DNA of 64,000 nt, from assembly GCF_964213995.1 (NCBI RefSeq), contig NW_027590205.1, forward strand, positions 496,001 to 560,000, read 5' to 3'. Numbering within the stretch: position 1 is the first letter of the stretch; every line of letters starts with the position of its first letter. Source of the DNA: Mustelus asterias. Lineage: Eukaryota. The position numbers and the translations under genes are program-made. Below, one piece after another: positions 1-10,853 of the stretch. The notes beneath the pieces are model-generated. The model saw nothing but the letters and a program-made list of their open reading frames with translations. It did not search any database and had not been told where the DNA came from.

Positions 1-296
1 AGAGTCATATTCCTTGGGAGCTGAATATCATCGGACTTTGAATCTCGAAGGAGAAATGATTGTCCAGTTTGTCGATTTGAAAAGAGTTCGACCATCAGTG
101 TGACGGGAAAAGCACCAACACACTGCCACACTCGAGTGAGAGTGTTCTAGTGCTCGGACTAAAGAGCTTTAACTAGTTACACCGCCTGAATAAATATCAC
201 ACCATTCACAGCGGGGAGAGACTGTACCCGTGCTGTGTGTGTGGACGAGGCTTGAACTGATTGTCCACCCAAGACAGAGGTCAGGACACCTGCACC

Positions 297-969
297 ATGG
301 AGAAACCATGGAAATGTGTGGACTGTGGGAAGAGATACAGATCCCAATCTCAGCTGGAAGCTCATCGGCGCAGCCACACTGGGGAGAGGCCATTCACTTG
401 CACTCAGTGTGGGGAGGGATTCAGTCATTTATGCAGCCTGCTGACACACCAGCGAGTTCACACTGGGGAGAGGCTGTTCACCTGCTCTGTGTGGGAAGGG
501 ATTCACTTGTTCATCCCACCTGCGGAGGCACCAGCGAGTTCACACGGCAGAGAGACCATTTACATGTCCTCAGTGTGGGAAGGGATTCACTTGTTCATCC
601 CACCTGCAGACACACCAGCGAGTTCACACTGGGGAGAGGCCATTCAGCTGCTCTCATTGTGGGAAGGGATTCACTCAGTTATCCAACCTGCGGAAACACC
701 AGCGAGTTCACACTGGGGAGACGCCATTCAGCTGCCCTCAGTGTGGGGAGGGATTCACTTGTTCATCCAGCCTGCGGAGGCACCAGCGAGTTCACACTGG
801 GGAGAGACCATTCACCTGCTCTGATTGTGGCAAGGGATTCAGTCAATCATCCAACCTGGTAAAGCACCAGCGAATTCACACTGGGGACAGGCCATTCACC
901 TGCTCCGTGTGTGGGAAGGGATTCACTCAGTCACCTCACCTGCTGAAACACCATCATGTTCACGAGTGA
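297..969 (+). pseudogene. C2H2 zinc-finger gene (8 fingers) with a single 2-bp frameshift near 490
   Basis: ATG at 297 begins [15 protein letters not shown] dinucleotide is missing in TGTGTGGG at ~490. The remaining fingers read openly in another frame to HHHVHE* at 969. Confidence 0.8.
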
Positions 970-1104
970 CTGCAAGGACTGAATTTTGCTGTTCATCACA
1001 TCGAGGTCCCAACCATTTTCATCGGTGTCTGTTTCTGCTGATGTTAATAAACCCTGGCCCAGTTGTAAGATTTGTATTGTGGATTGTCTTGTCTGAGTCC
1101 TGAA

Positions 1105-1290
1105 CTCGGAAATAAAAACAAGAAGTGCTGTAAAAACTCAGCAGGTCTGACAGCATCTCTGGAGAGAGAAACAGAACTAATGTTTTGACACTGAAGAAGA
1201 GTCACATTCAACTGGAAACATTAATTGTTCCTGACTTTACAGATTCTGTCAGACTTACTGAGATTTTGCAGCAACTTCTGCTTTTAGAAT
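1105..1290. mobile_element. Old palindromic Penelope-type terminal fragment with a degenerate hammerhead motif
   Basis: CTCAGCAGGTCTGACAGCATCT is inverted against AGATTCTGTCAGACTTACTGAG; CTGAAGA...GAAACATTA at ~1191-1223. Confidence 0.5.
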
Positions 1291-2014
1291 GACGGTGAAT
1301 GCTGGATACATGAATCAGAGACTGGTGTAAAACTGGGATCTGCTCCTAAATCAAAGTGAAACAGCAGGTTAAAGTTTCCAGTCTGAAAAGTACTATGGTT
1401 GTTATACTATATATACCATTTTAAGGCTGGTTTTAACTCATTTAAAATAAACCTGTTTAAAATATATTTGTTAAAGTCAGTATTAAAATACGAGTTGGAT
1501 GAGTTCACAGGAGCTTGTTAACCGCTGGGACAATTATTCAACAAACATTGTCTGTCCAGATAGAGAAGAAGCTGCAGTTTGTTTGCAGGAATTCCCTGTT
1601 TTATTGATGTGTGTGTGTTAGACATCAGGATAACTAAAAATACACAAACCTGGACATCAATGGTGATCTGATTGACAGTTACTCTGGGAATCACTCCCAC
1701 TGTGAAACTTCAGCACTGACACTGCTGAATGTTGTCGGCTCAGGGAGTGGGACCTCCAGGAGTGGACTGTAAAAAAGCTGGGTTTCAGTATCCTGACTAA
1801 TATATGGTGAGGAACCAGAAAAATCCTTACTGAGGAACTGCCTGGGGTTTTACCAGTGTAGGTTCAGGGGCGAATGATTCCTGACTCCCTGAAATGTCTG
1901 ATATTGAACCCAGTTTGGAACAAGATTCATTCAGTTTCCAGGAGAATAGAGACAAATATCACCCACAACTGAGAGAGAGAAAAACAGCCACCTTGATCAA
2001 TGACTTGGATGAAG

Positions 2015-2520
2015 CCAGAATTGATGATACAAAGATAGGTAGAAAAGCAAGTTGTGAGGTTATTACAAAAAATCTGTAAGGGGCACAGATAAGTTACCTG
2101 AATGGACAGAAAAATGGCAGATGGAGTATAGTGCGGGAAAGTGGGAGCTTTTCCACTTTGGCAGGAAGAATAGAGAAGCAAAAAATTGTTTAAATATACA
2201 GAAACTGAAGAATACTGCCGTAGAGAGGAATCTGGGTGTCCTTGTACATGAATCGTGAAAAAATAGGATGAAGGTACAGCAAGTAAAGAAGGCGGCAAAT
2301 GGAGTGTTGGACTTTACTGCAAGGGGGTGGAGTTTGAAAAATGGAACTTGCTGCACCTACACAGGACATTGCTGAGATAGCAGCTGGAATACTGTGTACG
2401 GTTCTGGTCTCCCTACTTATGGAATGACATGCTTTCATTGGAATGAGTTCAGAGAAAGTTCACCAGGCCCATTCCTAAGATGAAGGTGTTGCCTTTTGAG
2501 GAAAGGTTGTGAAGGTGTAG
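2015..2520 (+). mobile_element. Degenerate CR1 LINE fragment (RT C-terminal region)
   Basis: Broken reading frames resembling DDTKIG..., RDLGVLVHES and LEYCVQFWSPYL. Confidence 0.7.
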
Positions 2521-2867
2521 GGGAGAATTCTCCCATCCCACCCACCACAGGAATCGTAGCAGGCCAGGGGGTGGACCACACAAAGGTCCTTTGACCTCGG
2601 GGCAAGTGATGCCGCAGAATCCAACTCGTCTTTTGGGGAAGGGTTGCACCTATACTCATTGGGTTTGGAAGAATGAGCAGTGAACATTCTGAAACATATA
2701 AGATTCTCATGGACAGTTGACAGGCGAGAGGCCAAGAGGATGATTCATGAAGGAGTCTTGAACTTGGTGCCACAGATCTACAAGGAAGCCAAGTGTATTC
2801 TTTTCGCCCTTCCAGACACCAATACTTTATCCTCCGTTTTAGTCAGGTTAGTCAGAGGTTTAGTCAG

Positions 2868-2958
2868 GTGTGGTGAAAGCTTCAACCAATCATCTGGCCT
2901 TTTGGAACATAATTGCAGTCACAGGGAGATGCCATGGAAATGTGGGGATTGTGGGAAG
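2868..2958 (+). pseudogene. Zinc-finger gene fragment cut off by a CR1 insertion
   Basis: [30 protein letters not shown], similar to 58210-58305; it ends directly at a CR1 3' tail. Confidence 0.7.
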
Positions 2959-4355
2959 AACATAAGAACTAGGAGCAGGAGTAGGCCATCTGGCCCCTCG
3001 AGCCCTCATGGCTGATCTTTTTGTGGACTCAGCTCCACTTACACACCCGCTCACCATAACCCTTAATTCCTTTACTGTTTAATAATTTATCTATCCTTGC
3101 CTTAAAAACATTCAATGAGGTAGCCTCAACTGCTTCACTGGGCAGGGAATTCCACAGATTCGCAACCCATTGTGTGAAGAAGTTCCTCCTCAACTCAGTC
3201 CTAAATCTGCTTCCCCTTATTTTGAGGCTATGCCCCCTAGTTCTAGTTTCACCCGCCAGTGGAAACAACTTCCCTGCTTCTATCTTATCTATTCCCTTCA
3301 TAATCTTATATGTTTCTATAAGATCTCCCCTCATTCTTCTGAAATCCAATGAGTATAGGCCCAGTCTATTCAGTTTCTCCTCATAAGCCAACCCTCTCAA
3401 CTCCGGAATCAACCTCGTGAATCTCCTCTGCACCCCCTCCAGTGCCAGTATATCCTTTCTCAAGTAAGGAGACCAAAACTGTACACAGTACTCCAGGTGT
3501 GGCCTCACCAGCACCTTCTACAGCTGCAATAATCTTGCTGTTTTTAAACTCCATCCCTCTAGCAATGAAGGACAAAATTCCATTTGCCTTCTTAATTACC
3601 TGTTGCACCTGCAAACCAACTCTTTGAGATTCCTGCACAAGGACACCCAGGTCCCTCTGCACAGCAGCATGCTGCAATTTTTTCCCATTTAAATAATAGT
3701 CCATTTTGCTGTTATTCCTACCAAAATGGATGACCTCACATTTACCAACATTGTGCTCCATCTGCCAGACCCTCGCCCACTCACTTAGATTATCTATATC
3801 CCTTTGCAGACTTTCAGCGTCCTCTGCACACTTAGCTCTTAGTGTCATCTGCGAATTTTGACACACTACACTTGGTCCCCACCTCCAAATCATCGATGTA
3901 AATCGTAAACAATTGCGGTCCCAACACTGATCCCTGAGGCACACCACTAGTCACTGATCGCCAACCAGAAAAACACCCATTTACCCCCACTCTTTGCTTT
4001 CTGTTAGTTAACCAATCCTCTATCCATGCTAATACATTACCCGTAACACTGTGCACCTTTATCTTATGTAGCAGTCTTTGGTGCGGCACCTTGTCAAATG
4101 CCTTCTGGAAATCCAGATACACCACATCCACAGGTTCCCCATTGTCCACTGCACATGTAATGTTCTCAAAGAATTCCACCAAATTAGTCAAACATGACCT
4201 GCCCTTCATGAACCCATGCTGCGTCTTACCAATGGGACAATTTATATCCAGATGTCTCGCTATTTTTTCCCTGATGATAGATCCAAGCGTTTTCCCTCCG
4301 ACAGAAGTTAAGCTAACCAGCCTATAGTTACCTGCCTTTTGTCTACCTCCTTTTT
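2958..4355 (-). mobile_element. 5'-truncated CR1 (HER1-like) LINE, RT domain frameshifted
   Basis: ORFs 3832-4209, 3381-3947 and 3029-3514 contain [37 protein letters not shown] and RPHLEYCVQFWSP. Confidence 0.92.
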
Positions 4356-5084
4356 TAAATGTTTGTGATTTTGTGAAACCTGTTTTTGTTGTCTGAGCTG
4401 ACTGGAATTAGAGCCAGAGCAGGAGTAATCCAGGGGAATGATTTGGAGGTAAAGCAAAATCCAGCAGATGCTGGAGTTCTGAAAAGAACCGACCTGCTGA
4501 GTTTATCCAGCATTTTCTCTATTTATTATAATGCTTTTGGGACCTGGGTTTGAATCCCACCACGTTTCAATAAAAATATTGATGAGCATGAATTAATTGT
4601 TGTAAAAACACACCTGGTTCTCTAATGCCCTTTAAGGAAGGAAATCTGCCGCCCTGATCCAGTCTAACCGACATGTGACTGGATTCACAAACAATTCAAG
4701 GGCTGACTGGGTAAACAGGGAATGTCACCATCAGAAAAACAGAGCCCCCTTGAGGGCAGAAGGGTTAGGACAGGTTATGGAGAAGGTTAAAACTGTCATC
4801 ATTGAGAACAACACAGACTTTAACGGAACAACTTGTCCCAAACACGATCTCTTGTAGTTAGTGTGGCAGGGTGTGGTGAATCAGGTTTAAAAAGAGTCAA
4901 ATTATATATGTTTTCTAGTTTGGACAACCACATTTAAATCTGGGACTCGGATGAGGATATGAATTGGTGTTTGGTGGTAAGATCTAAATGTGTGTATTAC
5001 GCCGTGAAGCCTTAAACCCAGAGTGAGAATATTTCAAACCAGGGTTCAAAATGAACGGCTGTGGATGGTGAATTCACTCTCAAA

Positions 5085-5670
5085 AGAAAACAAAGAAAAT
5101 TACAGCACAGGAACACCCCCTTTGGCCCTCCAAGCCTGCACCAACCACGCTGCCCGACTGAACTGAAACCCCCTACCCTTCTGGGGACCATATCCCTCCA
5201 TTCCCATCCTATTCATGTATTTGTCAAGATGCCCCTTAAAAGTCACTATCATATCTGCTTCCACTACTTCCCCCGGCAGCGAGTTCCAGGCACCCACCAC
5301 CCTCTGGGTAAAAAACCTGCCTCCTTTAAACCTTGCCCCTTAAACCTATGCCCCCTAGTAATTGACTCTTCTGCCCTGGGAAAAAGCTTCTGACTATCCA
5401 CTCTGCCCAGCCCCTCACAATCTTGTAGACTTCTATCAGATCGCCCTCAACCTGTGTCGTTCCAGTGAGAACAAACCAAGTTTCTCCAACCTCTCCTCAT
5501 AGCTAATGCCCTCCATGCCAGGCAACATTCTGGTAGATCTTTTCTGTACCCTCTCCACCCTCTCCAAAGCCTCCACATCCTTCTGGTAGTGCGGCGACCA
5601 GAACTGAACACTATATTCCAAGTGTGGCCGAACTAAGGTTCTATAAAACTGCAACATGACTTGCCAAAAG
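5085..5670 (-). mobile_element. CR1 LINE 3' fragment
   Basis: LVRPHLEYSVQFWSPHYQKDV and VVGAWNSLP, followed by a CR1 3' UTR. Confidence 0.88.
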
Positions 5671-6924
5671 GCCCGCAGAAATTCTGTCTTGGGAGGAACT
5701 ACTGGAAGAAATAAATCATCCTGTACATGGGAGAGACAGAAACTGTGAGGACCATCTCCTCCAATCACAGATTCTGTCTCTCCCGATGTTGCTACATCTG
5801 CAGAGACAGAGTCTCAAACTGGAGGAACAGCTTTGCCACCTATTTTGAGAAAAGACTCAGCAGCCGATCTGTGATGTGTGGAGGAGTTGTGTCTTCCTGC
5901 TACAGAACTAGTTTCATAGCAGTGTGAGCCTCAAAAGGAATGATCCAACCATCGGCAGACCTTTCCCCATTCTGCTGAACAAGTCTCGATTATTTTTATA
6001 TATCTCAGAAGGTGGGGTTTACAGCTCAGGAATTTGAGTAACCAGATATTGTGAACGTACTTACAATCACTTGGGTCGTCACATTAGAAATTGAGATACA
6101 TTCATCCAGGTTCATATTCTAAACTGCTTTTATTTGCAGTTTAACATTCACAGACAACATACAAAATCCCCGGTCAGAGCTGATCTCAGCTGGTGTAGTG
6201 AGGTTATTGATGGGTTATTGATGTAAATCCACACACAATGAAGATCAGAATCGGGAGAGATTTTTCCTGCTCCACTGTCTGAACCAATAAACATCTGATT
6301 CAGTTCCCTTGTGTCAAATAGTTAGAATTCTCATTTTGGAAAGAGAGTATGGGAGTATTTTTAAAGTAAATTAACAAAACATATCATTCATAGATTCCAA
6401 TTTAAAAGTTTTAATATATACACAGTCTTCAGTATTTGTGCTATCTTATTCAAAGAAGTAAACTAACAGAAACACAAAAGGTAATGTTACTACGTGACTA
6501 CATCACTAATAAAGGAGTTACTGAGAATGGAAAACGATGCCCTGGAAACCAAAAAATAGCCCTTAAAAATCAAAGAGTAGCTTTCCAGAAAATCTCAATA
6601 CAAGCATTGAAAATAAATACTTTGTGCCCTGCAGATGGATCTTTCAGAGAATGAATTGTAGATTTTGCCCAAAGATCAAATTAGAATTGAAGCAAAAGTT
6701 CTTAACTTTATTCTAAACAGGTTCCTGTTGAGAGTTCTTCAATTAAGGGGGAAGATCACTGGTGGTGCTTTTAAAAAGTGACATTGCAGCCCTGAAAATC
6801 AGTGACACTTCCAGAATATTAAATTCCAGCTAGTTATAGGGTTTGTTAACATCAGCAGAAATAAAATATTGTCAGACTGTCAATACTGAACAGCAGCAAA
6901 AACAGCAAAATCCAACCCCTGCAG

Positions 6925-7848
6925 TCACTTGTGAACTTGTTGATGTCTCAGGAGCCATTGTGACTGAGTGAATCCCTTCCCACACACAGAGCAGTTGAAT
7001 GGCCTCTTAGTGTGAGTGCGTTGGTGAGCCAGCAGGTTGAAAGACTTTGCGAATCCCTTCCCACACATGGAGCAAGTGAATGGCCTCTCCCCTGTGTGAA
7101 CTCGCTGGTGAGCAGAGAGGTTGGATGACCGATTGAATCCCTTCCCACACACGGAGCATGTGAATGGTCTTTCTGCAGTGTGAGTGCGTCGGTGAGCACT
7201 GAGGTTGGATGACTGCCTGAAATTCTTTCCACAGTCAGTGCAGCGGAATGGCTTCTCTTCAGTGTGAATTTTCTGGTGTCTCAGCAGACTGGGTAAAACT
7301 GTGAATCCCTTTCCACACAAAAAGCAAGTAAACGGTCTCTCCCCAGTGTGAATTCGCTGGTGTGCAATGAGGGAGGATGCCTGTCTGAAACTCCGTCCAC
7401 AGTCAGTGCAGCTGAATGGCTTCTCCTCAATGTGAACTCGCTGGTGTGACAGTAAGTGGGATGACCCAGTGAATCCCTTCCCACAGTCGGAGCAGGTGAA
7501 CGGCCTCTCCCCAGTATGAACTCGCTGGTGTGACAGCAGGTGGAATGACTGAGTGAATCCCTTCCCACACACGGAGCAGATGAATGGTCTCTCCCCGGTG
7601 TGAGTGCGTTGGTGCACAGTGAGTGCTGAAGAATGCCTGAACCTCTTCCCACAGGAGGTGCAGGTGAATGGCTTTTCCTCAGTGTGAATTCTCTGGTGAG
7701 ACCAAAGGCCAGATGACTGAATGAATCCCTCCCCACAGACAGAACAGGTGAACGGTCTCTCACCAGTGTGACTGCGCCGATGATTTTCCAGCAGGGAAGG
7801 GTAACTGAATCCTTTCCCACAGTCCCCACATTTCCACGGTTTCTCCAT
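6925..7848 (-). CDS. C2H2 zinc-finger protein, 11 fingers, no effector domain visible
   Basis: Intact 307-aa ORF of CxxC...HxxxH repeats with TGERPF linkers. Candidate acceptor CTCCTTTTACAG on the minus strand at ~8181. Confidence 0.9.
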   Translation of the reverse strand: MEKPWKCGDCGKGFSYPSLLENHRRSHTGERPFTCSVCGEGFIQSSGLWSHQRIHTEEKPFTCTSCGKRFRHSSALTVHQRTHTGERPFICSVCGKGFTQSFHLLSHQRVHTGERPFTCSDCGKGFTGSSHLLSHQRVHIEEKPFSCTDCGRSFRQASSLIAHQRIHTGERPFTCFLCGKGFTVLPSLLRHQKIHTEEKPFRCTDCGKNFRQSSNLSAHRRTHTAERPFTCSVCGKGFNRSSNLSAHQRVHTGERPFTCSMCGKGFAKSFNLLAHQRTHTKRPFNCSVCGKGFTQSQWLLRHQQVHK

Positions 7849-8599
7849 GGTGCTGGTGTCCTTATGTTTCTCCAGGTTAAACGATCAGTTGAAGCCTCAT
7901 CCACAGACAGAACACGTGTACAGTTTTTCCTTGCTGTGAATGGTGTGATGTTTTTTAAGGCTGCGTAACTGGATAAAGCTCTTTCCACAGTCAACTCACT
8001 GAAACACTCTCACTCGGGTGTGCGTGTATCTTGGTGCTTTTTCAGTCACACTGATGTTTGAAATCTTCTCCTCCAGACAGAAGACAAACATTTCTCCTTC
8101 CACATTCAAAGTCTGAGGATATTTAAGTCCAAGTGAATCGAGACTCTGTCTGATTTTGATGTGATGTTTCTTCACCTCACCTGTAAAAGGAGTTTACAAA
8201 ATTAATCACTGTCAGTCCAGGATAGAAATTTTGAACAGACAATTCTAATTCTCTGGAACATTTCTTCCTCTCTTGCTCCCCAAATCAATAAATTCCTGTC
8301 CCACAAATTCTCCCTCCTCCCTTGGCTTAAATCCAAACCCATCTCACCATTTATTTCCTCCACTCCCAGTTTTCTCCCTCCCTCTCCTCTGTCTGGGTTC
8401 AGTTCTCCAGCTCCTGTCTGCAGACTGACAATAAAACCAATGGGTCTTATTGGGGGTGTTGGGGCCTCCAGCGGGTGTTTGTGAATCCTCCCCGCCCACC
8501 TCCCAGGGTTTCCTTCCTTCCCAGAGATCAGAGTCCTCATTGATTTGAGGCCAAAGTGTAACCTCTTATTTATTGTCCCCCTCCCCCATCCTCTGATGT

Positions 8600-9560
8600 G
8601 AACCATCCTCCAGTGGCTGAGCCAGGATGGGGCCGTTAACCTGGGCCTGTTCCCGGGAGGGAGGGAGGGAGAAGCCCCGCAGCTGCAAACCAGGGAGCTG
8701 ACAATGATTCTGAAGGGTTTGCGGATCCACAAAGTGTTTCCAAATCCTCCCAGCCACCGCCTAACGCTGACTCCGCTTCTCCGGGACAAACAAGCGCCAA
8801 GGACAGCAATGACACTGCGCATGCTCCACATCACAATGCCCGGGCACTGATTGACGGCAGCTCCGGACCAATAGGAAGAGGGGGCGGTGCTGGAGGACCG
8901 AGCGGGAGCGGCTGGTCCTCCAACCAATCAGTGTGAATGAGGGGCGGGGCTGGAGCAAATATTTCAGCACCGGGTGAAGCGCTGGAGCCGGTGGTTGGAG
9001 ATTGGGGAGGATCCGCAAACCCTTCAGAATCATTGTCAGCTCCCTGGTTTGCAGCTGCGGGGCTTCTCCCTCCCTCCCTCCCGGGAACAGGCCCAGGTTA
9101 ACGGCCCCATCCTGGTTGGAGCTGGAGCATGCGCAGTGCCTGCGGCAGACGGTAAGGAGCTCGAGCGAGCGGGTTTTAAATGGAGATTTTTACAAAGACC
9201 GAGTGCAGATCCAGAGCCTGAAATAAAACCGGAAACATAAATGGAGTTTGCGGGTGGATGGTGAGGCTTTATAAACACCCGGTGTCGGCCACAGTCCCTC
9301 AATTTGCGAAGCAAATTCCTCAGACCTTCTGATGGTTTCAGGCCGGAGTTCAAATCCGCCATCTTTATAAAGGTCCGTGTACTGCAAAGCGCATGCGCAT
9401 CCGCCATCTTTATTGATGGTAAATTGCAACAACGCATGCGCAGGCACCGTATTTGTTGAGGGTGAAACCAAATGAATAACCCACAGGGAACAAAAAAAAT
9501 CAGAGTTTGATTTCATAACAAAATCGATGTGTTGTTGTAAAACCGGAAGTTAGGGTTACA
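8600..9560. promoter_or_regulatory. CpG-rich bidirectional promoter between divergent ZNF genes
   Basis: NRF1-like GCGCATGCGC (8817, 9127, 9389, 9433), CCAAT (8868, 8924), GC box GGGGCGGGG (8941), YY1 CCGCCATCTT (9356, 9401), ETS CCGGAAGT (9543), candidate donor G|GTAAG at 9152. Confidence 0.75.
8622..9115. repeat. Perfect 107-bp inverted repeat (arms 8622-8728 and 9009-9115)
   Basis: Base-by-base comparison shows the arms are exact reverse complements. Confidence 0.95.
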
Positions 9561-9599
9561 GCCAACAACAACTTCTATTTATATAACACCATTAATATC

Positions 9600-9900
9600 A
9601 GCGTGGTTAGCACTGCTGCCTCACAGCTCCAGGGACCCAGGTTCGATCCCAGCCTTGGGTCACTGTCTGTGCGGAGTTTGCACGTTATCCCTGTGACTGT
9701 GGGTTTCCTCTGGGTGCTCCGGTTTCCTCCCACCGCCCAAAGATGTGACGTTTAGGGGAATTGGCCATGCTATATTGCCCCTTCGTGTCCAAAGATGTGC
9801 GGGTAAGGGGGATTAGTGGGGTACAGATCAGGGGTAAAATATTCAGAGTCAGTGTAGACTTGATGGGCTAAATGGTTTCCTTCTGCACTGTAGGAATTCT
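9600..9900 (+). mobile_element. HE1-like tRNA-derived SINE
   Basis: GTGGTTAGCACTGCTGCCTCACAG...GGTTCGATCCC A/B boxes, central GGGTTTCCTCTGGGTGCTCCGGTTTCCTCCC and a CR1-like tail. Confidence 0.85.
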
Positions 9901-10084
9901 TTGAGAAGTCATCCTTGTGCACTGAAGGTCTAGTCACTAATGGTGGAGTGATTAAAATAGGGAATGTGCAGGAAACCAGAATCAGCACAGTGTTAGAGGT
10001 GATTCCAGAGATAGGAACAGGCCTTGGAGTGATTTGTACAAATTAGTTGTAAGGATGCATGAAAAATACGCATTTCATTTGGAT

Positions 10085-10405
10085 CTCATAGAATTCTACA
10101 GTGCAGAGGGAGGCCATTTGGCCCATTGAGTCTGCACTGACCACAATCCGACCCAGGCCCTATCCCCATTACCACATGCATTTATCCTAGCTAGCCCCCC
10201 TGATACTCAGGGGTAATTTAGCATAGCCAATCTATCTAACCCGCACATGTTTGGACTGTGGGAGGAAACCAGAGCACCTGCAGGAAACCCATGCAGACAC
10301 GGGAGAACATGCAAACTCCACACAGACAGTGACCCAAGCTGGGAATCAAATCGGGTCACTGGGGCTGTGAGGCACAGGGCTAACCACTGCGCCACCATGC
10401 CGCCC
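10085..10405 (-). mobile_element. HE1-like SINE
   Basis: Same consensus in reverse orientation. Confidence 0.85.
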
Positions 10406-10853
10406 TCTGCTCAGGGAAGAGGGAGAGTGTATGGGACAGATTTACTGTTTTGGGGAACAAGAGCAGAAAAGTTGTTCCTTAGAAATTAGACTTGTCTGAT
10501 CAGAATTTCTATCCTGGACTGACAGTAGTTTTGTAAACTTCTTCTTTTGCAGGATATTTGATGGGGAAGATTTACAGTCAGAAAAATTGAATCAAGATTT
10601 AACAGTCGCTCAATTCACCAGCACCTGAACACGATCAGCCTTTGAATGTGGAATGCGGGAAAAGATTTCAAACATCAGTGTGACTGGAAAAGCACTGAGA
10701 CAGACACACACCCGAGTGAGAGTTTTCCAGTGAACTGACTGTGGAAAGAGCTTTAACCAGTTACACAGCCTGAGAAAACATCACACCATTCATAGCAATG
10801 TGAATCTGTGCATGTGTTCTGTGTGTGGACGAGGCTTCAACTAATCACTCAAT

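Noticed and set aside
230-862. Long alternative-frame ORFs over ZNF exons ([11 protein letters not shown] and TPASSHWGE repeats)
   Set aside because: These are shadow frames of the 84-bp finger repeat, not separate genes.
5690-6060. Possible exon or ORF remnant of unknown origin
   Set aside because: The frames I translated contain stops and no motif was recognised; a BLASTX search would be needed.
6925-7848. CRISPR-like regular repeat spacing
   Set aside because: The 84-bp periodicity is the C2H2 finger repeat; the context is eukaryotic and there are no cas genes.
8202-8927. 241-aa and other ORFs across the CpG-rich promoters (also 25746, 34585, 39516)
   Set aside because: GC-rich sequence is poor in stop codons; no recognisable domains and mostly non-ATG starts.
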